Shown piece by piece: positions 40,451 to 50,328 of a DNA stretch of 64,000 nt; position 1 is the stretch's first letter, and each line of letters begins with the position of its first letter. Location: assembly GCA_964607655.1 (NCBI GenBank), contig CAZSKX010000002.1:77327-141326 (forward strand), in the 5' to 3' direction. Made by a program: the position numbers and the translations under genes. Under the pieces are notes generated by a model. That model did no database searches. It saw nothing but the letters and a program-made list of their open reading frames with translations, and was not told the origin of the DNA. This DNA comes from an uncultured Candidatus Saccharibacteria bacterium (GTDB lineage Bacteria > Patescibacteriota > Minisyncoccia > Phycocordibacterales > Phycocordibacteraceae).

Positions 40451-40524
40451 CTGTGTAAAACCGCCTTTACATTTCTCCCGAGCCCGCTAGACTAGGGGCA
40501 TAGCAATAACTAGCGATATATCGT

Positions 40525-41070
40525 ATGGATGGGACTAAAGTTGTAATAGGAGCGGCATTGATTACCATCCTCGTCGGCCTCGGCTGGTGGACGCTCGGTT
40601 CACAAGCGCCCGCTGACGACGCGATGATGGAGAAGACGGATGAGGTCATGATGGAAAAAGATTCGGAAACGATGACGCAGAATGAGACTTCTGCGCCAGA
40701 TGTCATGATGGATAAGAGTGACGAGGGCGCGATGATGCAGAAAGAGAGTGAACAAATGGGAGTAGGTGCTTACGAATCGTATGCCCCCGGGAAACTTGGG
40801 CTCGCCAAGGAGGGGAAGGTCGTCCTCTTCTTCCGCGCTTCGTGGTGCCCGACCTGCCGTGCTCTTGACGCTGACATTCGCGCGAACAGCGGATCGATCC
40901 CCGCAGACGTGACGATCCTCGACGTTAATTATGATGCGGAAACGGCGCTCAAGCAGAAGTACGGCGTCACGTATCAACACACGATGGTCCAGGTAGACGC
41001 GAATGGGAATCAAATCGCGAAGTGGACCGGCAGCCCTTCGCTCGCGGCGCTCGTCGGAGAGATTAAGTAG
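40525..41070 (+). CDS. Membrane-anchored thioredoxin-like protein with a Met-rich repeat linker
   Basis: An N-terminal TM helix. Four MM[EDQ]K repeats follow (AMMEKTDE, VMMEKDSE, VMMDKSDE, AMMQKESE). The thioredoxin fold carries WCPTC. Confidence 0.75.
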   Translation: MDGTKVVIGAALITILVGLGWWTLGSQAPADDAMMEKTDEVMMEKDSETMTQNETSAPDVMMDKSDEGAMMQKESEQMGVGAYESYAPGKLGLAKEGKVVLFFRASWCPTCRALDADIRANSGSIPADVTILDVNYDAETALKQKYGVTYQHTMVQVDANGNQIAKWTGSPSLAALVGEIK

Positions 41071-41072
41071 CG

Positions 41073-41798
41073 ATGGCATTCCTCGCGCTCTCGTTTATCG
41101 CTGGGGTGTTGACCGTACTCGCGCCATGCATTCTACCGCTGTTGCCGGTTGTTATCGGCGCCTCTGCGTCAGGCCGGAGTCGTGCGACGCCGTATATCAT
41201 CGTTGGGTCGCTCTCGCTCTCGATTATCGTCTTCACCTATCTCCTGAAGGCATCGACCGCCTTCATTATGATCCCGCCAGAAGTCTGGACCTATCTCTCG
41301 GGCTGTATCTTGGTCGCCTTCGGTCTTACGCTCGTGTTCCCGGCGCTCTGGGAGCGGCTCCCGGGACTCGCCAAGCTTTCCAGCGGATCGAACAAGGTCC
41401 TCGGCGCAGGGCATCTGAAGGGTAGTTTCTGGGGTGACGTTACCGTCGGTGCTGCGCTTGGGCCGATATTTTCGACCTGCTCCCCGACCTATTTCGTCAT
41501 CCTCGCTTCAGTCCTGCCGGCGAGCTTTGCCCTCGGCACACTCTATCTTATCGCGTATGTGCTCGGGCTCGCGCTCGTCCTGCTTCTCATCGCGCTTCTC
41601 GGCGAACGCTTCTCAGCGAAGCTCGGCGGTCTTGCCGATTCGCGGGGCGCGTTTAAACGCGGGATCGGGCTCCTCTTCGTCCTGCTCGGCATACTCATCA
41701 TGACGGGATACGAGAAGAAGCTCGAAGCGCGGCTGCTCGACAGTGGCTACTTCGACATTACTCAGATCGAGCATCGCCTGCTCGAGATTATCGAATAG
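41073..41798 (+). CDS. Cytochrome c biogenesis/thiol-disulfide transporter CcdA (DsbD transmembrane domain family)
   Basis: LAPCILPLLPVVIG and a second Cys-containing TM (STCSPTYF); 6 TM. Confidence 0.8.
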   Translation: MAFLALSFIAGVLTVLAPCILPLLPVVIGASASGRSRATPYIIVGSLSLSIIVFTYLLKASTAFIMIPPEVWTYLSGCILVAFGLTLVFPALWERLPGLAKLSSGSNKVLGAGHLKGSFWGDVTVGAALGPIFSTCSPTYFVILASVLPASFALGTLYLIAYVLGLALVLLLIALLGERFSAKLGGLADSRGAFKRGIGLLFVLLGILIMTGYEKKLEARLLDSGYFDITQIEHRLLEIIE

Positions 41799-41799
41799 T

Positions 41800-42837
41800 A
41801 TGCAGCGCGAACACATTGTCGGCGCCGTCTTGCTCGCTCTTGTCATCGGTGGCCTCTTCGTGATCGGAGCTTCGTCACAAGAGTCGGGATCTTCGCAGAC
41901 ATTGAGCCGCCCCTCTCTCGCGAAACCGTATATCGAGCTGGTAAACCCTTCAGGATTCGTGAATACAGGTGACAAGCCGATCAGGCTCGCCGACTATGTG
42001 GGTGAGAAGGTAATCCTCCTCGACATCATGACCTACTCCTGTATCAACTGTCAGCGCACCTTCCCGTACGTGACGGCCTGGTATGAGAAATATAAGGACG
42101 ATGGTCTTATCGTGATCGGCCTCCACACGCCCGAGTTCGCCTTCGAGAAGGATAAGAAGAATGTCGAGGCAGCAATGCGCGAGTTCGGGATCACCTTCCC
42201 GGTCGTGCTCGATAACGACTACGCGACCTGGAACGCGCTCGGTAACCGTTACTGGCCGCGCAAGTATCTGATCGACATCCACGGTAACATCGTTTATGAC
42301 CACATCGGTGAGGGCGCCTATGAGGAGACGGAGCGAAAGATTCAGCAGCTCCTCGCCGAGCGGGCGCAGGTGCTGGGCGAAGCTGTGCCAGATGATGACG
42401 CTCTCGCGACGGTGTCTATCGACGCGAAGACGACCACCGCACAGAGTCCGGAGACCTACTTCGGCGCACTGCGCAACGAGTATCTCGCGAACGGCAGTCC
42501 TAGGAGAGCGGGCGAACAGACCTACGTATTGTCGAGCACCATACTGCTTAATAAGCTCTATTTGGGTGGCCGCTGGCGTATCACCGACGAGTACACCGAA
42601 TCTACTGCCGGTGCGTCAGTCGCTTATCGCTATCGAGCGAAGGAGGTGTACCTCGTGATGAGTGCCGACATACCGACGCCGGTCGAAGTCTGGCAAGATG
42701 GTAAGAAAATAAAGACGATAACGGTGCAGGAAAGTAAGCTCTACACACTCATTTCGAATGAGAGTCCTGGCGAACACCAGCTCGAACTTCGCTTTGCACA
42801 GCCTGGGGTACGTCTCTACGCCTTCACCTTCGGCTAG
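41800..42837 (+). CDS. TlpA/DipZ-like thiol:disulfide oxidoreductase with a C-terminal beta-sandwich domain
   Basis: N-terminal TM anchor, redoxin domain with CINC, and a C-terminal ~130-aa domain resembling the DipZ C-terminal CBM-like domain. The start is the internal Met at 41800. Confidence 0.75.
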   Translation: MQREHIVGAVLLALVIGGLFVIGASSQESGSSQTLSRPSLAKPYIELVNPSGFVNTGDKPIRLADYVGEKVILLDIMTYSCINCQRTFPYVTAWYEKYKDDGLIVIGLHTPEFAFEKDKKNVEAAMREFGITFPVVLDNDYATWNALGNRYWPRKYLIDIHGNIVYDHIGEGAYEETERKIQQLLAERAQVLGEAVPDDDALATVSIDAKTTTAQSPETYFGALRNEYLANGSPRRAGEQTYVLSSTILLNKLYLGGRWRITDEYTESTAGASVAYRYRAKEVYLVMSADIPTPVEVWQDGKKIKTITVQESKLYTLISNESPGEHQLELRFAQPGVRLYAFTFG

Positions 42838-42845
42838 TCTAGATA

Positions 42846-42890
42846 GAGAAAGAGCCCGACGAAGACCTGGTGTCTTCGTCGGGCTCCGTA
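42846..42890. terminator. Bidirectional terminator
   Basis: gagcccgacgaaga-cctggt-gtcttcgtcgggctc, a 14-bp stem. Confidence 0.7.
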
Positions 42891-42892
42891 GC

Positions 42893-43270
42893 CTACCTCG
42901 AGAGCTCGATCTCGACGCACTCCTCGAGCTCGCGAGTCTCCACGATGGTGAGAAAATCACTCGTGCCATCGAATGAGGCTCGATTGACGTAGCGCTCGCA
43001 GATCGCGACCGCCTCCTCATGACTCTCCACCCAGGTGTAGGGCGGCCGAGGATCAGTGAGTCGACTGAAGCGTTGACGGCAGTCGAGCATCATCGTAGTC
43101 GCGAGCGGATCGATCTTCGGGATGCCCATGCGATAGCGCACATTGTCACAGATCCGTCGGTCGACCTCTGCTGCGAGCAGACTCTGGCCGAATTCGTGAA
43201 CGGGAAGTGTCGCCGCTCGAGCGGGTGATACGTAGAGAAAAAGAACCAGAAATGGCAGGAATATAGGCAT
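42893..43270 (-). CDS. Hypothetical secreted protein
   Basis: Signal peptide MPIFLPFLVLFLYVSPARA; 125 aa; no known domain. Confidence 0.5.
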   Translation of the reverse strand: MPIFLPFLVLFLYVSPARAATLPVHEFGQSLLAAEVDRRICDNVRYRMGIPKIDPLATTMMLDCRQRFSRLTDPRPPYTWVESHEEAVAICERYVNRASFDGTSDFLTIVETRELEECVEIELSR

Positions 43271-43410
43271 GATGTACCCCTTTGTTTGTGGCCGTCTGTA
43301 GACGTTGTACCGCCTAGAGCGCTAACCCGCAAGAGCTCAGATAGGGCCGGCAAGGGTTCTTCCCAGCCGTGGTAAAATCGCTGAGGACTGAAGATTAAGG
43401 AGTACACACC

Positions 43411-43737
43411 ATGGCCATCATTTTGCCCGAGAGAGTGCCCGAGCCGGGCCTCTACTACCACTACAAGCACGACCCGAAGGGGCCCGTGAACAACTACGCC
43501 TACGAAGTCCTTGGCGTCAGCTCTCACACCGAAGAAGACGGTGTCTGGTTCGTCATCTACCGGCCCCTCTACGCTGAAGCGGGCGTCTACCAGGCTTCGC
43601 GCAAGCTCGGTGTGCCGTGTTTCGACTCGCGACCAGTCGAGATGTGGCTCGAAGAAGTCGAGAAGGATGGGGTGAAGATTCCGCGTTTTCGCAAGATCAC
43701 CGATCCCGAGACGATCGCGAAGCTCGACTGGGCCTAA
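43411..43737 (+). CDS. DUF1653-family protein
   Basis: YYHYKHDPKG...YEVLGVSSHTEEDGVWFVIYRPLY matches the DUF1653 consensus. A terminator hairpin follows at 43745-43785. Confidence 0.7.
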   Translation: MAIILPERVPEPGLYYHYKHDPKGPVNNYAYEVLGVSSHTEEDGVWFVIYRPLYAEAGVYQASRKLGVPCFDSRPVEMWLEEVEKDGVKIPRFRKITDPETIAKLDWA

Positions 43738-43841
43738 GGCCCTCACCGCCCGACCGAAGCCGCCTGGCTTTGGTCGGGCGGTTTCTGTATAGGGGCGTGC
43801 TACGCTATAAGTATTCCCAACCAGAATAATCATCTCATTCC

Positions 43842-44288
43842 ATGACCATCGTTTTACTCACGCTTGCAGGTGCATTTTTTTCAATCGTTATCGGTAGTCT
43901 CTGGTACGCCCCTAACACCCCGATGGGGAAGATCCACATGCGGACCATGGGCTTCGACAAGCTCTCGCCCGAAGAACAAAAGGCCAAGATAGAAGCGGCG
44001 AAGCCGCATATGTGGAAGAGTTATGTCGCCCAAGCAGCGCTCTCGCTGCTCACCTCGTTTGCTGTCGTGATCATCGTCACCTTCAGTATGGCCAACGGAC
44101 TCCCGTTCTCTATGGCAGCAGGGTTTGTCGCTTTCGATTGGCTCTGCTTTATGGTGCCGGTCGTCGGCACGAATAGTATCTGGGGTGCGACCGGAGGCAA
44201 GCTCGCGTGGCAGAAATTCTTTTCAGATGCTGCCTACTACTTTCTCACCGTTCTTCTGATCGCTGTCTTCGCGAGCTACTTCGTCTAG
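43842..44288 (+). CDS. DUF1761-like membrane protein
   Basis: GSLWYAPNTPMGKIHM in the N-terminal TM/loop; 4 TM. Confidence 0.5.
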   Translation: MTIVLLTLAGAFFSIVIGSLWYAPNTPMGKIHMRTMGFDKLSPEEQKAKIEAAKPHMWKSYVAQAALSLLTSFAVVIIVTFSMANGLPFSMAAGFVAFDWLCFMVPVVGTNSIWGATGGKLAWQKFFSDAAYYFLTVLLIAVFASYFV

Positions 44289-44294
44289 TGTGCA

Positions 44295-44981
44295 GTGGTC
44301 ATGAGAATTACTAAACTCGAGCATTCCTGCTTACTGATTGAAGAACAGGGCGTGAAGTTGCTCACTGACCTCGGGTCGTGGAATGAGACGCCAGATATCA
44401 CAGGGCTTGCGGGCGTGCTTATCACTCACGAACACGCCGACCATTTCGACCTGCCGAAGCTCCAAGCACTCCTTGCAAAAAACCCTGGCGCGAAGGTGGT
44501 GACGCATGCCGCTGTCGGTGCCAAGCTCGAAGAAGCGGGTATTTCGTACGCTGCGATCGTGCCGGGTGAGCGAGTTGAGGTAAGCGGGATCTCTATCGAG
44601 AGCCACGGTACCGATCACGCGATTATTTATGGCGACACATCGCCTTGCGTGAACACAGGCTACTTAATCGCAGAGAAGCTTTTTATGCCAGGCGATGCAC
44701 TCCACGACGTCCCGCCGAAAGCCGTCGAAGTGCTCGCGCTGCCCACTGGTGGCCCATGGATGAAGATCGCGGAGGCGATTGATTATGCGAAGGCGGTGAA
44801 GCCGAAAAAAGCATTTCCGATTCATGATGCGATGTATAACGAAACCTATCGTCGTACAGGTATTCCGCGCTGGATCGGAGGCAATCTCGAGCCCGTAGGG
44901 ATCAGTTTTATAAATCTCCTACCCGGGGATTCACATGATTTTAATAAGGATGGTGGCACCACCCAAGAACCGACGGCATGA
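44295..44981 (+). CDS. MBL-fold metallo-hydrolase
   Basis: ITHEHADHF (HxHxDH) motif. Confidence 0.85.
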   Translation: MVMRITKLEHSCLLIEEQGVKLLTDLGSWNETPDITGLAGVLITHEHADHFDLPKLQALLAKNPGAKVVTHAAVGAKLEEAGISYAAIVPGERVEVSGISIESHGTDHAIIYGDTSPCVNTGYLIAEKLFMPGDALHDVPPKAVEVLALPTGGPWMKIAEAIDYAKAVKPKKAFPIHDAMYNETYRRTGIPRWIGGNLEPVGISFINLLPGDSHDFNKDGGTTQEPTA

Positions 44982-45628
44982 TCGATCAACTCATCGTCTA
45001 TATTCAGTCCATCATCGCGGGGTACGGGGCGTGGGGTGTTTTTGTTGCGACGCTTATCGAGGAGGTAATATCGCCGATTCCTTCGCCGCTTATCTCGCTT
45101 GCGGCAGGATTCTTCCTCCTGTCGGCAGACCTGTCGCTCGGCGAGGCGATGCTGCGCTCGGTGCTTGTTATCGCATTTCCGGTATCGATTGGTATCAGTA
45201 TTGGCTCGGCAGTGGTGTACGCGATCGGCTACTACGGCGGGAAGCCAGTTATCGATATGACCAAGCGTTGGACAGGGATCAAATGGGAGGACATCGAGAA
45301 GGTGGAAGTACGACTTACGCGCGGCGCGGGAGATGAGGTCGCGCTCTTTGTGCTGCGCCTGATACCGATCGTTCCTGGCGTAGCGGTCTCTGGCCTCGCG
45401 GGGATTATTCGATACCCCTTTCGCGCCTTCGCGCTCATTACGTTTGTCGGCTCCTTCCTGCGGGCGTTCCTGCTGGGACTTTTGGGCTGGCAGGTGGGCG
45501 AGCTCTACGTACACTACGCTGATGCGTTGTCGCAGTTTGAAGACTACGCATTGTTGGGCGTGCTCGTGGTCGTTGTTGCGGTCGGGGCATGGTACTACCT
45601 CGCGAAGCGTCGGTCGCGCGTGGGCTGA
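44978..45628 (+). CDS. DedA/SNARE-associated (TVP38/TMEM64) family membrane protein
   Basis: GAWGVFVATLIEEVISPIPSPLISLAAGFF DedA signature region. Confidence 0.8.
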   Translation: MIDQLIVYIQSIIAGYGAWGVFVATLIEEVISPIPSPLISLAAGFFLLSADLSLGEAMLRSVLVIAFPVSIGISIGSAVVYAIGYYGGKPVIDMTKRWTGIKWEDIEKVEVRLTRGAGDEVALFVLRLIPIVPGVAVSGLAGIIRYPFRAFALITFVGSFLRAFLLGLLGWQVGELYVHYADALSQFEDYALLGVLVVVVAVGAWYYLAKRRSRVG

Positions 45629-45658
45629 TCTCGGTCGAGGTACGCTATACTTGAGGAC

Positions 45659-47371
45659 ATGAATCTCGACGTCTTTGCCGAAATAGGGCTACTGCTCGGC
45701 GTGGCTGCCCTGGTCTCGCTCCTTATGCGGTTTCTGCGTCAACCGCTCATTATCGGCCATATCATTACTGGCTTCCTGGTCGGGCAGTTCGCGCTCGGCA
45801 TCTTCCAAAATACTGAGACACTCGAGCTGTTCAGTAAGCTCGGCATATCCTTCTTGCTCTTTTCGGTGGGGCTCACGATGAACCCCAAGGCGCTTCGGGA
45901 CTACGGTCTCGTCTCTATCTTAAGCGGCTTCGGACAAGTGCTACTCGCCGGCGGGGTGGGCGCTGTGATCGCGCTTGCGCTCGGCTTCGACCTCGTGACA
46001 GCGCTTTATGTCGGTGTTGCGCTCTCCTTCAGTAGCACGGTGATCGTAATGAAGCTGCTCTCAGATAAGGGCGACCTCGACAAATTGTATGTAAAGCTCT
46101 CGATCGGATCGCTTTTGCTTCAGGATCTTGTGGCGATCGTGTTGCTCTTCCTCATTCCCTTTATCTCGGGGACACAAGGGACGGGACAGGAGATTTTTGA
46201 GACGCTTGGTCTCGGTGTTGCCTCTGCGGTCGGTGTCTTCCTTTTTTCTCACTACCTGATTCGACACCTGCACCGGTACATGACGCGCTCTCAGGAGCTG
46301 CTCTTCCTCTTCGCGACAGCCTGGGGTATGTGTGTCTCTGCGCTTTTTGCTGCGATCGGTTTCTCGCTCGAGGGTGGCGCGCTTATCGCAGGTATCGCGC
46401 TCTCGACCTTGCCGAGTCGACACGAGATCGGTGCGCGCCTCGCGCCGCTTAAGGATTTCTTCATTGTCGCATTCTTCGTCTTGCTGGGTACGCATATTAG
46501 CGTGGGTGATGTGCAGACGATCTTCTGGCCAGCACTCATCTTCTCCGTGTATGTGCTCATCGGGAATCCGCTCCTCCAGCTTGTGGTGCTTGGGGTGCTC
46601 GGTTATCGCAAGAAGACTGGTTTCCAGACGGGCATGATGGCAGCGCAGATCAGTGAGTTCTCGTTGATCCTTGTCGCGCTCGGCGTCTCCTTGGGACAGG
46701 TACCGCCAGCGGTTCTTTCTATCGTGACTCTCGTGGGTATCGTCACGATCTTTATCTCGAGTTATCTCATTCTCTATTCTGACCAACTCTATACGTATGC
46801 GGCCCCGTACCTGGGGATCTTCGAACGGCGTGTTGTGCGTGAGCGCGCGGTGCGTATGCCGAAATATCCAGCACTCCTTATTGGCGGTGGTCGGATCGGA
46901 TATGACTTTGTGAAGCTGTTTCAGGATGAGGGGATTGCGTTTCGTGTGCTCGACCATGATCCTGAGATCATCGGACAATTGGCGCATACGGAGGTGCCGC
47001 ACGTGTATGGCGACGCGGGCGATCCAGATCTGCTCGACGATCTTCGGATCAAGGACTGTGAGCTCGTGGTGTCTACCGTTCCTGACCTCGAGACCAATCT
47101 CATAATTCTTTCTGCAGCGAAGCGGGGCAGTAAGGGGCCGGTCGTGATCGTCGCGGCACATCGGATCCACAATGCGCTCGAGCTCTATGAGGCCGGCGCA
47201 GACTACGTCATCCTCCCGCACTTCCTCGGGGGCTCATACGCTGCGTCGTTGGTGAAGCGCTTCACTCGAGACGCGATCGAGCTTCAGGATATTCGCGACA
47301 AGCACATCTCACAGCTCCGAACGCGCGCGTCGCATGGGCATGAGCATCCGCAGTTTGAACGTCTTCGCTAG
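45659..47371 (+). CDS. Monovalent cation:proton antiporter (CPA2, KefB-like) with a C-terminal TrkA-N/RCK domain
   Basis: 12-13 TM Na_H_Exchanger domain plus a Rossmann GGGRIGYDF motif; 570 aa. Confidence 0.9.
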   Translation: MNLDVFAEIGLLLGVAALVSLLMRFLRQPLIIGHIITGFLVGQFALGIFQNTETLELFSKLGISFLLFSVGLTMNPKALRDYGLVSILSGFGQVLLAGGVGAVIALALGFDLVTALYVGVALSFSSTVIVMKLLSDKGDLDKLYVKLSIGSLLLQDLVAIVLLFLIPFISGTQGTGQEIFETLGLGVASAVGVFLFSHYLIRHLHRYMTRSQELLFLFATAWGMCVSALFAAIGFSLEGGALIAGIALSTLPSRHEIGARLAPLKDFFIVAFFVLLGTHISVGDVQTIFWPALIFSVYVLIGNPLLQLVVLGVLGYRKKTGFQTGMMAAQISEFSLILVALGVSLGQVPPAVLSIVTLVGIVTIFISSYLILYSDQLYTYAAPYLGIFERRVVRERAVRMPKYPALLIGGGRIGYDFVKLFQDEGIAFRVLDHDPEIIGQLAHTEVPHVYGDAGDPDLLDDLRIKDCELVVSTVPDLETNLIILSAAKRGSKGPVVIVAAHRIHNALELYEAGADYVILPHFLGGSYAASLVKRFTRDAIELQDIRDKHISQLRTRASHGHEHPQFERLR

Positions 47372-47440
47372 CGGGCCTTGCTACCGTCCCGCGCTGGAGT
47401 ACAGGGTATACTAGGATGAATCAGTAATCGTTTATTTAAA

Positions 47441-47971
47441 ATGAATCAAAATATAGCTATCGGGGTGGTGGTCGCAGTCGTGGTGGTAGGGGGCGGGTAT
47501 TACGTACTGAATCAGCCGGCAGCAGCACCAGTGACTCTCGGCCAAGGGCAGGAAGCGACAACTACGACCGAGACATCTGCTCAGTCGGGCAAGTTTACGG
47601 GATCAATCGCTGAGCTTGTCGGACGTGGAGGGAGCTGGAAGTGTTCTGTTGACTCGACCACCGCAGAGGCAGTCTCTTCGGGCGTCACCTACGTCTCAGG
47701 CGGGAAGGTGCGTGCAGACTTCACCACAAGCGTGCCAAGTTATGGCTCGGTCGAGACCCACCTGATCTCTGACGGGGTTGATGTATATACCTGGTCGTCG
47801 ATGATGCCGCAGGGCATTAAGACGAAGATGACTGCGCAGGGTAGTGGTTCTGGGTCCACCAGTGGCCAGGGCATGAGTACGGATACGCAATACTCGTACG
47901 ACTGTCAGCCGTGGACAGCCGACGCTTCGCTCTTTGTCGTGCCAGCAAACATCACGTTCCGCGCGATGTGA
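47441..47971 (+). CDS. Hypothetical membrane-anchored Ser/Thr/Gly-rich protein
   Basis: An N-terminal TM helix followed by a low-complexity extracytoplasmic region. Confidence 0.45.
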   Translation: MNQNIAIGVVVAVVVVGGGYYVLNQPAAAPVTLGQGQEATTTTETSAQSGKFTGSIAELVGRGGSWKCSVDSTTAEAVSSGVTYVSGGKVRADFTTSVPSYGSVETHLISDGVDVYTWSSMMPQGIKTKMTAQGSGSGSTSGQGMSTDTQYSYDCQPWTADASLFVVPANITFRAM

Positions 47972-47972
47972 T

Positions 47973-48509
47973 ATGAGTCTGAATCAAACCCTCACACTTA
48001 GCTTAAATAGTTTCGTCGGCACCTCGCCTTTTGGCGATCTGGTCATCGCCTTCTTCGCTACCTACCTCGCCTTCGTGCTGGTGGCTGTCGCGGCCATCGC
48101 GCTCTACCGCGTCGCTTGGCCGCGCGATAAGAAGATTAAGGCGCTTATTGTGGCGGCGATCTCAACCGTAGTCGCTCGTTATGGTGTGGTCGAGGCGATT
48201 CGTGCGGTGTATCCGAATCCTCGCCCCTTTGCTGCGCTCTCAGAGATCCGCCCACTTTTCACCGACACCTCCTTTTCGTTTCCCTCGGGACACGCGAGCT
48301 TCTTCTTCGCACTCGCGGCTGTCATCTACTGCTATGATAAAAAACTCGGTCTTTGGTTTGCGCTCGCCGCACTCCTGATGGGGATCGGGCGCATCACGGC
48401 GGGTGTTCACTATCCGGCAGACATTCTTGCGGGAGCGATTGTTGGCTATGTCGTCGCGACGGTCACGTATCGTTTAGCTGAACGCTACGGGCGAACCCTC
48501 GCGGTCTAA
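47973..48509 (+). CDS. PAP2-family phosphatase (undecaprenyl-diphosphatase-like)
   Basis: The KX6RP-like, PSGH (SFPSGHAS) and SRX5HX3D (GVHYPADILAG) motifs are present. Confidence 0.8.
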   Translation: MSLNQTLTLSLNSFVGTSPFGDLVIAFFATYLAFVLVAVAAIALYRVAWPRDKKIKALIVAAISTVVARYGVVEAIRAVYPNPRPFAALSEIRPLFTDTSFSFPSGHASFFFALAAVIYCYDKKLGLWFALAALLMGIGRITAGVHYPADILAGAIVGYVVATVTYRLAERYGRTLAV

Positions 48510-48520
48510 AGGAGCGTAAT

Positions 48521-49039
48521 GTGGGAGGCATGAACAAGAAGGTCGTGATCGTGAATGACCGTATGCAAAAGGGGTATCGGTACACCCTTACTGAGCCGAT
48601 GGGGAAGAACTTTGCCAAGGATTTTAAACCTGATCTGACGCCTTTTGAGATGCTGAAGCTCGGTGTCTTTGGCGGGAAGTATATGACCGACTGCAGTAAG
48701 GAGTTTCCGAAGGCGTGGTTTAAGGGTGTCAAATTCTCTCCTGAGAAGCATGATCCGAAACTTAATTATTTTGGCGTGAATGCCTCGCAGCCGCTCTCAG
48801 TCTGGCAGAAGAAGGGGTGGATTTATAAAGATGATCCGCGTGGTTGGTTTCAGTGGTACTGTCGCTATTACATGGGCCGACGAATCCCCGGGGAAGACGA
48901 GAGACAGGTCAAACGATGGAAGGCAATCGGTCGCCATATTATGCAGATCAAGCGCAATTGCAGAGCAGGGGACACGGCGTGTCGGCCTCGTCAGCGCCAG
49001 GCGGTACTCCACTGGGCCTATGACAGCCGGGCGATGTAG
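48521..49039 (+). CDS. Conserved hypothetical protein (Trp/Lys-rich, family not recognised)
   Basis: 172-aa ORF with no compositional bias typical of shadow ORFs (FGGKYMTDC...PRGWFQWYCRYYMGRR). Confidence 0.5.
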   Translation: MGGMNKKVVIVNDRMQKGYRYTLTEPMGKNFAKDFKPDLTPFEMLKLGVFGGKYMTDCSKEFPKAWFKGVKFSPEKHDPKLNYFGVNASQPLSVWQKKGWIYKDDPRGWFQWYCRYYMGRRIPGEDERQVKRWKAIGRHIMQIKRNCRAGDTACRPRQRQAVLHWAYDSRAM

Positions 49040-49057
49040 GGGTTACAATAGGCAAAT

Positions 49058-49462
49058 ATGAAAACGTTTTTTATTGCTGCGCTCGCCACCTTGGTCGCCA
49101 TGTTACCCATCGACCTGCTCTGGATCGTGGGTATCGCTAAGTCGTTTTATGGTCGACAGATCGGGCACTTAATGGGTGAGTCGGCGCAACTTCTGCCGGC
49201 GGTGCTCTTCTACCTCATCTACGCGGGCGCGGTCGCGCTCCTGGTGGTGATGCCAGCCGTTGTTGGCGAATGGAGCCTCGGCAAGGTCTATCTGTTTGGT
49301 ATGGTGCTCGGGCTTGCCGCTTACGGCGCGTATGACCTTACTAACCAGGCCACGCTGCGTGACTGGCCGGTCGTGATGACGGTTGTGGATATGGCCTGGG
49401 GCGCATTCGTTACGGGGCTTGTCGCGACGATCGCGACAGCACTCACGCGCTATTTTAGCTAG
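49058..49462 (+). CDS. DUF2177-like membrane protein
   Basis: 4 TM with PIDLLWIVGIAKSFYGRQIG. A bidirectional terminator follows at 49472-49512. Confidence 0.55.
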   Translation: MKTFFIAALATLVAMLPIDLLWIVGIAKSFYGRQIGHLMGESAQLLPAVLFYLIYAGAVALLVVMPAVVGEWSLGKVYLFGMVLGLAAYGAYDLTNQATLRDWPVVMTVVDMAWGAFVTGLVATIATALTRYFS

Positions 49463-49523
49463 ATATAAAGAAGAACCCCCGCGGCTCGCAACGAGCCGCG
49501 GGGGTTCTGTGTCTAAGATAGTC

Positions 49524-50231
49524 TTACTTTGAGAACCACTTTACCGCCCAGCCGAGGAGGCTGAAGGTGTCTTCGCGGGCCTCGATAAATGCCGTTATTT
49601 CTGCCTTCGACTCTTCGAGCGCCTTTATCTGCGCCTCGAGCTCGGCCTTGTTGCCTGTGTACCAAGCTTGATCAGCGAGTTTCTCGAGCTTGTCGATGTT
49701 ATTTTGCGTAGTCACGAGCTCGTTACGGAGATCTCCCAAGCTCTTGTAATCGGTACCGAAGAAGAAGGTGCTCAACTTGCCCTTGCTTTCAACCTTGGCA
49801 ATGGCCGTAGCGGTGGTGCTTGCTGAATCCTGTTGCGACTGCGCTACTTCGCGCACCTCTTTGCCGATGCCGCCTTCGCGGTCGGCGACTGCAAGTAGAG
49901 ATTTTACGAAGGCTGCTACCGTACTACGGTGGGCCTCTGCATTAACCTGGCCCTTTGCGTTAGCGGCAGTGCTTGTTGCGTTGCCGCGGTCCTGTTCTCG
50001 ATCTTTCTCGCCCTTTTCTTGACGCGCCGAGCTCGTCGCTGAGCCGCGGTCGTCGCTTTTCTTAATTGAACTCGTCGCGTTCACTGAGGTTGTCGCTGCG
50101 CTATTGCCGCGTACTTTAACTTCCGCGTTTAGCTTGGCGTCGGCTTCTATCGCCCGTGCCGAAGCGAGCGGAGCGAGGCTAAGGGCGAGGGTAAGCCCAC
50201 CCAAAAGGGCTGTTTCAATGGTTGATTTCAT
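49524..50231 (-). CDS. Secreted coiled-coil protein (DUF5667-like)
   Basis: Signal peptide MKSTIETALLGGLTLALSLAPLASA. An Ala/Lys/Glu-rich helical region is followed by a C-terminal LGWAVKWFSK. Confidence 0.55.
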   Translation of the reverse strand: MKSTIETALLGGLTLALSLAPLASARAIEADAKLNAEVKVRGNSAATTSVNATSSIKKSDDRGSATSSARQEKGEKDREQDRGNATSTAANAKGQVNAEAHRSTVAAFVKSLLAVADREGGIGKEVREVAQSQQDSASTTATAIAKVESKGKLSTFFFGTDYKSLGDLRNELVTTQNNIDKLEKLADQAWYTGNKAELEAQIKALEESKAEITAFIEAREDTFSLLGWAVKWFSK

Positions 50232-50328
50232 GCTGTTGATTACAGTTAATAGGTTCTCGATTCATTCTACACCACTATAGACGAGCTGACGGGTCGAATC
50301 TTTCATCGGGTATCGTATACTGTTCCTT

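Noticed and set aside
46061-47221. 386-aa minus-strand ORF inside the KefB-type antiporter gene
   Set aside because: Highly charged Arg/Asp/Glu-rich product antisense to a 13-TM transporter; a shadow ORF.
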